Notes under the pieces: generated by a model
What the model was told of the DNA's origin: nothing
Database searches by the model: none
What the model saw: the letters and a program-made list of their open reading frames with translations, nothing else
Made by a program: the position numbers and the translations under genes
Source: Candidatus Aminicenantes bacterium
GTDB lineage: Bacteria > Acidobacteriota > Aminicenantia > Aminicenantales > JAFGBC01
Assembly: GCA_963702005.1 (NCBI GenBank)
Contig: OY969696.1
Coordinates: 3,808,001 to 3,872,000, forward strand
Length of the DNA: 64,000 nt
Reading direction: 5' to 3'
Part shown: positions 56,846 through 64,000 of the stretch, in pieces
Position numbering within the stretch: the stretch's first letter is position 1
Layout: every line of letters begins with the position of its first letter

Positions 56846-59800
56846 TCATTTCAACTCAAGGGCCGCCAGCCTCTTCTGCGTGTCCGCGACCTCGGGCAAT
56901 CCCGCATCGGCGTCCTTCCAGAGGTCGAGGAATTTGCGGTAGCTATCGCGGGCCCGTGTCTTGTCCCCTTGCTGCTCGGCGATCTTCCCCAGCATGTAGT
57001 ACGCCCTGGCGTAGATATCTCCATAAGAAAGCCTTCCGATTGTTAGCAGCGTGATCTTTTCATATTCTTTGCGGGCTTTGTCCAGCTCTCCTGATTCGTA
57101 GAGGGCCCGGGCCAGGGCATCAATGAAACTGGCGTGCGCGAAAACACCCAAACCACCATAACCATAATTTTCGAAATCTAGCCGACCGCATGCTCTGCTA
57201 AAGAGATCCGCGGCCTGACGATAGCTCTTCTTTCCGAGGTCGATCAGCCCGAGGATGTATTCATAATTCCGCAGCTCCTTGGTGTTGATGCCTTTCTCGA
57301 TCAAAGATCTCAGCTCTTCGGCCGTCTTTTTGGCTTCATCAAAGGATTTTATTTCCGCCTGGATTTGTCCTTTGGAGAGAAGATCACTCTTCTGCTGGCT
57401 CGGCAAATAGGGCAAGCCGGATTCCCCCGCCGATTTTCGATACTCGGCGGAGAGCCTCAGATACTGACCAAAAGCCTGATAGGCGTCTTCATAACGACCC
57501 GCTATAGATAACGCGCTCGCCAATCCCCTATAGGCTCCGGCCTCCTTTTCTTTGTTCCCTTTCGATTCCTCCAGGCTCCGCCGGCTCAGGTTGACGTGCT
57601 TATTGAATTGTCCGCGAATCATCATCAGAGGAAACGCATCACTGCCTAGGATCTTCTCCGCCCCGGCGAGATCGTCTTTGCAGAATAGAATCCAGCCCAT
57701 GTAATCCTTCAATGTTGGGTCAAGGAGATAGGCTTTTTCCTGCTCGGCAATAGCAAGGTCGAATTGCCTCCGGCAAAGGCAGCTGCAACTTATCATTGAG
57801 TGAACATAAGCATTATCCTCGACATCCTTAAGGAAGGACCGGCAGATATCCTCCGCTTTCTGATAGAACCCTTTGGTCATATAGTAGGAAGCGAGGCCAG
57901 TGACCTGGTCTGACGTTTTTTCGTTTTGGACAACGAACTCCTGGTGTTCGATGGCTTTGTCAAGGTTGCCCGCAACGTAATAGGTTACGCCCAGCCAGCT
58001 GTGTCCCAGCATATGGCCGGGGTAGATCTTCAGTAATCTTTCTAAGACCTCAATGGCTTTCGCATAGTTTTCCTCCCCGACGTTAAGCCAGATGGCTTCG
58101 ATGAGCAACCGCTCATTTTCAGGAAGACGGTCGCTCAGATCAAGGGCCTTCTTGTAGTAATTTCGCGCCTCAGCCATATGCCCAAGCATCTGGTGCGCAA
58201 CGCCCAGGGATCTATAAGCCATGGCGAATTCGGGGTCAGTTGCCACCGCTTTCTCCATATAGGCGATGGATTTTTCGTTTTCCATATTCTCTTGGAGTCT
58301 CCGGCCCTCGATGTAATATTTGAGGGCTTCGGGAGAGGACGTTGTGATTTTTCCTGCCTCTATTTCAATGTCATTGGCAATCTGAGCCGCAGTGAGGTTG
58401 AGCCCCTCCTTTACATGACGCGTTAGCTCGTCCACCTTGGGGATGATGTCTTTCTCGTCACGGGCTTCGAGGCGAATGGCACTCGCACTTTCCCCGGCGC
58501 CGGATTTCTGGAGGCTGGCCGTGATGACGTAAGTCTCCCCGGCCTTGATGAAGTTGCCCCTCAGGACATGGGTGGCCCGGGTTTGAGCGGCGATCTTTTC
58601 TATATCCTCGGAGGAATATTTTCGGGCTTCAGCTAGGCGGAGTCGCTTGAGGACCGTATACATTTCATCCCCGGAGATGACTCGGATGTATTTCGATTGG
58701 GAAAGGTCGGCGATGAGCAGTTCGGCCAGGCCATCGCGCCAGTTATCGAGTTTCGGGTCTCCTGATTTGTTCTCGAAGTACAGAACGGCGAGAGTGGGCC
58801 GGCCGGAGGCGGAAAGCGAAGGGGCGAGTTTTTTTGAGGGGATAACGCGCCATAGGAGCACGCCCGCGATGATTAGAACAAGCAGCGCAGCGACCGGGAT
58901 AAGGAGCTTCTTCGGCGTGAACTTCAGGGTGATCTCCCGCGAAGTCGTTGTCTTTCTCTCGGCTACTAAACGGTCCGTCGTCGGGAGCCCATCCTCGATT
59001 CTTCCGAGTTCGGCCCCGAGTTCGGCCGCGCTCCGGAACCTTTTATCTTCGTCCTTGGCCAGGCATTTGAGGATAACCCGGGCAAGGTCGTCTGATACCT
59101 GGGTGTTGATCTTCTTCGGGTCCTCGGGCGTTTCATACTTTTGCTTGTGCGCGACGCTGATCGGTGTCTCACCGATAAAAGGAAGCCGTCCCGTCACCAT
59201 CTCGTAGAGAATGACCCCCAGGGAATAAATATCCGACCTCTGATCGACTTCTTTGCCCTCGACCTGCTCCGGGCTCATGTACTCGGGTGTGCCGATCATC
59301 ACCCCGGCTCCCGTTATGCTCTTTCCCGAAAGCGAACGGGCGATCCCGAAGTCCATGATCCGGGCCTTGCCGTCCTCGTCCACCATGATGTTCTGAGGCT
59401 TGAGGTCCCGGTGTACAACGCCCAGCTTATGCGCTTCTTCCAGGCCTTCACAGACCTGCCGGGCGATTCCGATCGACTGGCCGGGGCTCAGCCGTCCGAC
59501 CTTCCGAATGAGCTGCTTGAGGTCCTCGCCATGGACATACTCCATGGTGATGTAGCGGGTTCCCTGGTCCTCGCCGAGGTCGAACATCTGGCAGACATTC
59601 TTGTGACGGATCTTCCGGGCGAGCTTGAGCTCGTTCGAAAACCGCTCGAGGGACTTTTTGTCCAGGCCGGCTTCGGGCCGGATGAGCTTCAGGGCGATCT
59701 TCTCGCCGATCTTCGTATCCTGGACTTTATAGACGCGGCCCATGCCGCCGTGGCCCAGCTCCTCGATGATCTGGTAACGCCCGGCGAAGGTCGTACCGGT

Positions 59801-59944
59801 GGTCAGCTCTTTGACGGGCGTCTGCATGGTGTGGGTGCCGGAGCCCTTTGCCCTGGAGCCGGGAGCAGGCGTGAAGCTTGTCCCGCACTCCGCGCAGAAC
59901 CGGGCCGTGTCGGAATTGTCAGAATGACACTTAGGGCACTTCAT
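56846..59944 (-). CDS. Zinc-ribbon Ser/Thr kinase-TM-TolB-N-like-TPR protein, paralog 2
   Basis: Same architecture and motifs as paralog 1. Confidence 0.93.
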   Translation of the reverse strand: MKCPKCHSDNSDTARFCAECGTSFTPAPGSRAKGSGTHTMQTPVKELTTGTTFAGRYQIIEELGHGGMGRVYKVQDTKIGEKIALKLIRPEAGLDKKSLERFSNELKLARKIRHKNVCQMFDLGEDQGTRYITMEYVHGEDLKQLIRKVGRLSPGQSIGIARQVCEGLEEAHKLGVVHRDLKPQNIMVDEDGKARIMDFGIARSLSGKSITGAGVMIGTPEYMSPEQVEGKEVDQRSDIYSLGVILYEMVTGRLPFIGETPISVAHKQKYETPEDPKKINTQVSDDLARVILKCLAKDEDKRFRSAAELGAELGRIEDGLPTTDRLVAERKTTTSREITLKFTPKKLLIPVAALLVLIIAGVLLWRVIPSKKLAPSLSASGRPTLAVLYFENKSGDPKLDNWRDGLAELLIADLSQSKYIRVISGDEMYTVLKRLRLAEARKYSSEDIEKIAAQTRATHVLRGNFIKAGETYVITASLQKSGAGESASAIRLEARDEKDIIPKVDELTRHVKEGLNLTAAQIANDIEIEAGKITTSSPEALKYYIEGRRLQENMENEKSIAYMEKAVATDPEFAMAYRSLGVAHQMLGHMAEARNYYKKALDLSDRLPENERLLIEAIWLNVGEENYAKAIEVLERLLKIYPGHMLGHSWLGVTYYVAGNLDKAIEHQEFVVQNEKTSDQVTGLASYYMTKGFYQKAEDICRSFLKDVEDNAYVHSMISCSCLCRRQFDLAIAEQEKAYLLDPTLKDYMGWILFCKDDLAGAEKILGSDAFPLMMIRGQFNKHVNLSRRSLEESKGNKEKEAGAYRGLASALSIAGRYEDAYQAFGQYLRLSAEYRKSAGESGLPYLPSQQKSDLLSKGQIQAEIKSFDEAKKTAEELRSLIEKGINTKELRNYEYILGLIDLGKKSYRQAADLFSRACGRLDFENYGYGGLGVFAHASFIDALARALYESGELDKARKEYEKITLLTIGRLSYGDIYARAYYMLGKIAEQQGDKTRARDSYRKFLDLWKDADAGLPEVADTQKRLAALELK

Positions 59945-59982
59945 TTCCCGCTCTTTCTATCAACCTCGCTCCCTCTTGTGGA

Positions 59983-62900
59983 TCATTTCGACTTAAGGGC
60001 CGCCAGCCGCTTCTTGGCATCCGCGACCTCGGGTAATCCCGTATCGGCGTCCTTCCAGAGGTCGAGGAAGCGCTGGTATTGCTCAACCGCTTTCGCCTTC
60101 AGGCCTTTCTGTTCGTAAAGCTTAGCCAGCCGGTAATGGTATTTGGGATGGATGAGATAGCGCGAGAGGTTTTTGGGGTCAAAGGTGATCAGCCGCTCAT
60201 ATTCAGCAATGGCTCTGTCTATGTCTCCTTTCTGCTCATACGCCCGGGGCAAAACGTCCTTCATCATCGGCATGTTGTACAAGATCAGCGTGTCTTTCCA
60301 ACCAAAATGAAGTGGGCGCAAGGGTGTTTGTTTCTCAAACACGGCGATGGCCTTTTCGGGGAATCCGGCCTTGAGCGACAGCTCGGCACTTAAGAAATTC
60401 ATATAGAACGACACCCAGTCTTTCCGCCAAGGCGGCATCTTTGCATAGAGTGATTTCATCCCTGATAATATGTTCTTGGCTGAATCCATATGCCCGGCCT
60501 TCAATTCCAATAGCCCCGATAGGAATTTATAGATTCCCGGATAATGTAATTTGTTTTCAGGATAAGCTTTGATAAAATCGTCAAGCCAGGCTTCGTTAGA
60601 CCTGTGGCTTTGATCCAGCTCCCCCCGGTCATAATAAACAAAGGCCTTTACCAGGTTTATATAGGGCCGTCCCCAAACATACCCTGGTTCTGAGTATTCT
60701 TCAGCTTCACGAAAGTAAAAATCGCAGTCCTTCAAGCTCCCCAACCAGTAGCGGCAAAACCCTTTCCAAAGATACCCCGTCCTTTTATGCTCCGGAGAAG
60801 GGGCCGTAGCGATGAATTTATCGAACCATCTCATCGCCTCAGCATACTCCGCCTTCAAGGCATAGATGTACCCGACACTAAAATAGGTAGTATAAAAATC
60901 AGATTTAATCTTTAACGCTTCTTTGTAATTCGCTATGGCCTCATCCAGTTGGCCCATATCAAAATAGGCCTCAGCCAAAGAATCAAGCGGGGCGGCTTCA
61001 TTCGGGTTTAAAGACACATATATTTTAAAATGCTCAACCGCCTTTGTAAAATCCCCCATAAAGAGATATACATAACCTAGTTCATTATGAGCCAACCCAT
61101 AGTTGGGATCCAGGTCCAGGGCTTTATTAAGCTCTATTATTGCTTTGTCATAGGCTTCTATATTCCTGTAATAAATCCCCAGACTATAAAATAATCCTTT
61201 TTCCTTAGGATATTTTTCGGCCATCTGCCGGAGGATGCGGACTGCTTTTTCCGTATCTTTCTCTACCGCGTCGGCATAATATTCCTCGATATTGAGCCTC
61301 TCCTTTTCAGTTGTCTTGAGCGATAGAGCTTTGGCCTTTTTAAGGGCGGCGGCTCCCGCTTCAATATTTTCAAGATTAAAATTTGCATAAGCGAGGTTGT
61401 AATAGGCCATGGCAAAATCCGGGTCAAGCGCAACAGCTTTTTCGAAAGCGATCCGCGCATCATTGAAATAGAACTTCCTGAGATTCTCCTTCCCTTCCAC
61501 ATAATACCTGTAAGCTTCCATTGAACGGGTTGTGACATCAGCTATAGGCATCTCGGCGGATTCAACGTTTTTTCCGGCCAGGCCTATGCCCGCAGAGATT
61601 TCCTTGGTCAGTTCATCGATCTGTTTATTGATGATGCTTGAAACTCCCTCTCCTTTTGAGCTGGAACTCCCGAGGAGTTTTTTGGTGTCCGCATCCAGCA
61701 CTTTCACATCTGTGGCAAAGGTCTCTCCGGCTTTGATGTAGCTCCCCAAAACAATGGTTTTAATGCCTTCCCTCCGGCATAACTCGAAACCGAGCTGCCT
61801 GTCGATGACTTCGACATTCTTCTTTCCCATCTGCTCAAGAAGGTCTTGCATCCGTTCCCAGGTGGCCACATAGAGCTTGTTTTCCCGCTCCAGGCTGGTA
61901 ATCAGAAGGTCAGGAATGGCCTTTTGTAAATAGTCGAAGGCTTTATCTCCTGTATGATTCTCAAAACTGATGACGGCGATGGAGTTCTCGATCTTGGGCG
62001 CGGCGGGCGCCTTTTTATGAGGGATGAATTTCCAAAGAACGACGGCGGCAGCGGCCAGCACGATGACGGCTACCAAAGGGACGGCGAGCTTTCTTAAGTT
62101 GAATTGAACGGTGATTTCCCGGGAAGTGAAAGACTTCTTGGGAGCGATAACGCGCTCGGTCGTCGGCAGGCCCTGCTCGACCTTTTCAAGGTCGATCCGC
62201 AAATCCGCCGCCGTCTGATAGCGCTTGGCTTTGTCCTTCTCCAGGCAGTGGAGGATGACCCGGCTCAGGTCTTCGGGAAGCTGGGAATTAAGCTCGCGCG
62301 GATTGCGCGGCCGCTCGCTCTTGTGCTTAACCCCGATGGTGAATGGCGTGTCGCCTTCAAACGGCACATGACCCGTCACCATCTCGAAGAGGATGACCCC
62401 CAGCGAGTAGATGTCCGAGCGCTCATCGACTTCCTTGCCTTCGACCTGCTCCGGCGACATGTACTCCGGCGTCCCGATCATCACCCCGGCGCCCGTGATA
62501 CCTTTCCCCAGGAGCGACCGGGCGATCCCGAAGTCCATGATCCGGGCGTTCCCGTCCTCGTCCACCATGATGTTCTGCGGCTTCAGGTCGCGGTGGACGA
62601 CCCCGAGGTGATGGGCTTCCGCCAAGCCTTCGCACACTTGCTTGGCGATCGATACGCTCCGCCCGACTCCCAGCTGGCCCGACTTCCGGATGAACTTCTT
62701 CAGGTCCTCGCCCGGCACGAATTCCATGGTGATGAAAGTCGTGCCCTCGGTTTTGCCCATATCGAACATGCGGCAGACGTTGCGGTGACTGATCTTCCGG
62801 GCGAGCTTGAGCTCGTTTGAGAAGCGTTCGACGGTCTCCTTGTCCAGGGCCATCTCGGGCCGCAAGAGCTTGAGGGCGATCTTCTCCTTGATGTCGGTGT

Positions 62901-63135
62901 CGAAAGCCTTATAAACCCGGCCCATCCCGCCGTGGCCCAGCTCCTCGATGATCTGGTAGCGCCCGGCGAAGGTCGAGCCGGTTGTCAGTTCTTTGAGTGG
63001 CGTGTTTGCCGTCTCGGTTCGAGAGTCGGGAATATCCTGGGACGAAGGGAGCGGCGTCGCACACTTCCCGCAGTAATAGGTATCGGCAGGATTGTCAAAA
63101 TGGCACTTGGGGCACTCCATGGTCTTTGTCCCCAT
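59983..63135 (-). CDS. Zinc-ribbon Ser/Thr kinase-TM-TolB-N-like-TPR protein, paralog 3
   Basis: Same kinase head and tail; divergent AT-rich sensor region (IAVISFEN...). Confidence 0.93.
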   Translation of the reverse strand: MGTKTMECPKCHFDNPADTYYCGKCATPLPSSQDIPDSRTETANTPLKELTTGSTFAGRYQIIEELGHGGMGRVYKAFDTDIKEKIALKLLRPEMALDKETVERFSNELKLARKISHRNVCRMFDMGKTEGTTFITMEFVPGEDLKKFIRKSGQLGVGRSVSIAKQVCEGLAEAHHLGVVHRDLKPQNIMVDEDGNARIMDFGIARSLLGKGITGAGVMIGTPEYMSPEQVEGKEVDERSDIYSLGVILFEMVTGHVPFEGDTPFTIGVKHKSERPRNPRELNSQLPEDLSRVILHCLEKDKAKRYQTAADLRIDLEKVEQGLPTTERVIAPKKSFTSREITVQFNLRKLAVPLVAVIVLAAAAVVLWKFIPHKKAPAAPKIENSIAVISFENHTGDKAFDYLQKAIPDLLITSLERENKLYVATWERMQDLLEQMGKKNVEVIDRQLGFELCRREGIKTIVLGSYIKAGETFATDVKVLDADTKKLLGSSSSKGEGVSSIINKQIDELTKEISAGIGLAGKNVESAEMPIADVTTRSMEAYRYYVEGKENLRKFYFNDARIAFEKAVALDPDFAMAYYNLAYANFNLENIEAGAAALKKAKALSLKTTEKERLNIEEYYADAVEKDTEKAVRILRQMAEKYPKEKGLFYSLGIYYRNIEAYDKAIIELNKALDLDPNYGLAHNELGYVYLFMGDFTKAVEHFKIYVSLNPNEAAPLDSLAEAYFDMGQLDEAIANYKEALKIKSDFYTTYFSVGYIYALKAEYAEAMRWFDKFIATAPSPEHKRTGYLWKGFCRYWLGSLKDCDFYFREAEEYSEPGYVWGRPYINLVKAFVYYDRGELDQSHRSNEAWLDDFIKAYPENKLHYPGIYKFLSGLLELKAGHMDSAKNILSGMKSLYAKMPPWRKDWVSFYMNFLSAELSLKAGFPEKAIAVFEKQTPLRPLHFGWKDTLILYNMPMMKDVLPRAYEQKGDIDRAIAEYERLITFDPKNLSRYLIHPKYHYRLAKLYEQKGLKAKAVEQYQRFLDLWKDADTGLPEVADAKKRLAALKSK

Positions 63136-63233
63136 CCCGTTATCTGCCCAAGGATAGCACCGCTAAACGGAGAAGTCAAAATACTTACAAAACAGAAAAA
63201 ATCCAAAAATCAGGGGAAAAAAGGATTGTTGGG

Positions 63234-63309
63234 TGGTGGAGCTGATGGGATTTGAACCCACGACCTCTTGACTGCCAGTCAAGCGTTCTCCCAACTGAAC
63301 TACAGCCCC
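63234..63309 (-). tRNA. tRNA-Ala(GGC)
   Basis: GGGGCTGTAGTTCAGTTGGGAGAACGCTTGACTGGCAGTCAAGAGGTCGTGGGTTCAAATCCCATCAGCTCCACCA; 76 nt, anticodon GGC, G3:U70, encoded CCA. Confidence 0.97.
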
Positions 63310-63324
63310 ACCGTTGGGCGTTTT

Positions 63325-63353
63325 ATTATGGCAAAAGTCCCTATGTCCGTCAA
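63325..63353 (-). promoter_or_regulatory. Sigma70-type promoter of tRNA-Ala
   Basis: Minus strand TTGACG-17 bp-CATAAT, ending 15 bp upstream of the tRNA. Confidence 0.65.
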
Positions 63354-63429
63354 GGCCATTCGGGCGGGAGTGCATCATCGAGTGGATATCCGCCGGCGAT
63401 TTGATATATAATCCGGGCGGCAAATTCTC

Positions 63430-64000
63430 ATGACCGCTCACCAAGGCCGTCCCATCGTCGTCGTCGGGAGCTCCAACACCGACATGGTCATCAAGACGGC
63501 CCGTCTGCCCGGGCCCGGCGAGACCGTCCTGGGCGGCCGCTTCACCATGGCGGCGGGCGGCAAGGGCGCCAACCAAGCCGTGGCCGCGGCCCGGGCCGGG
63601 GGCCGAGTCCATCTGGTGGCCCGAGTCGGGAACGATCTTTTCGGGGATAGCGCCCTCCAGGGATTCCGTCGCGACGATATCCACATCGACCACGTCCTCA
63701 TCGACGAGGGCGCCCACTCGGGAATCGCCCTCATCATCGTCAACGAAGACGGCGAAAACTCGATCGCCGTCGCTTCGGGTGCCAACGCCCGTCTCTCCCC
63801 GGACGACGTCCGGGGCGCCCGGGACACGATCGGCCGGGCCGGCATCCTCCTCCTCCAGCTCGAGATCCCGATGGAGACCGTCGAGGAGGCGGCGCGGATC
63901 GCCGCCGAAGCCGGGGCCAAGGTCATTCTGAACCCCGCCCCGGCCAGGGCCCTGAACCCCGGCCTCCTGCAACGGATCGATTACCTGACGCCCAACGAAA
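63430..64000 (+). CDS. rbsK: Ribokinase (partial, runs off the window edge)
   Basis: Manual translation MTAHQGRPIVVVGSSNTDMVIKTARLPGPGETVLGG...GGKGANQAVAAARAG...LLQLEIP...LNPAPA...LTPNE. Confidence 0.93.
   Translation, partial: MTAHQGRPIVVVGSSNTDMVIKTARLPGPGETVLGGRFTMAAGGKGANQAVAAARAGGRVHLVARVGNDLFGDSALQGFRRDDIHIDHVLIDEGAHSGIALIIVNEDGENSIAVASGANARLSPDDVRGARDTIGRAGILLLQLEIPMETVEEAARIAAEAGAKVILNPAPARALNPGLLQRIDYLTPNE

Noticed and set aside
53751-59944. Diversity-generating retroelement TR/VR pair between kinase paralogs
   Set aside because: Differences in the compared blocks are not adenine-specific and there is no reverse transcriptase in the window.
63163-63972. 269-aa minus-strand ORF
   Set aside because: Antisense to rbsK and runs through the tRNA gene.

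Overview
GC-rich bacterial chromosome window. The gene content (zinc-ribbon Ser/Thr kinase-TPR paralogs, DUF6677/mutM/ftsEX/rodZ/ntrYX/recO neighbourhood, several GH106) suggests an anaerobic Acidobacteriota/Aminicenantes-like organism; this is inference only. Left part: nth (partial), class II RNR, an Fe-S/oxidative-stress operon (nfu, iscS, iscU-zinc ribbon, nadA, rubrerythrin, ferritin-like), tag, alr, purA, a rubredoxin cluster, mutM, ftsEX-rodZ-ntrYX-recO, with scattered accessory genes (beta-propellers, glycoside hydrolases). About 36.9-63.2 kb is accessory: glycoside hydrolases, a RAYT-type HUH transposase, and three tandem receptor-like kinases bracketed by tRNA-Ala(GGC) and a duplicated tRNA 3' end, with no integrase. 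The most unusual signals are non-coding. (i) An ~110-bp IS200/IS605-like palindromic mini-element (3 copies) is bounded by TTGAC and in each case sits 16-18 bp from a -10-like hexamer. (ii) One copy has grown to 323 bp through five hairpin-type insertions. (iii) GGGGACAC palindromes and the RAYT ends show 15-16 bp terminal tandem duplications. All calls come from reading the sequence; no database searches were run.
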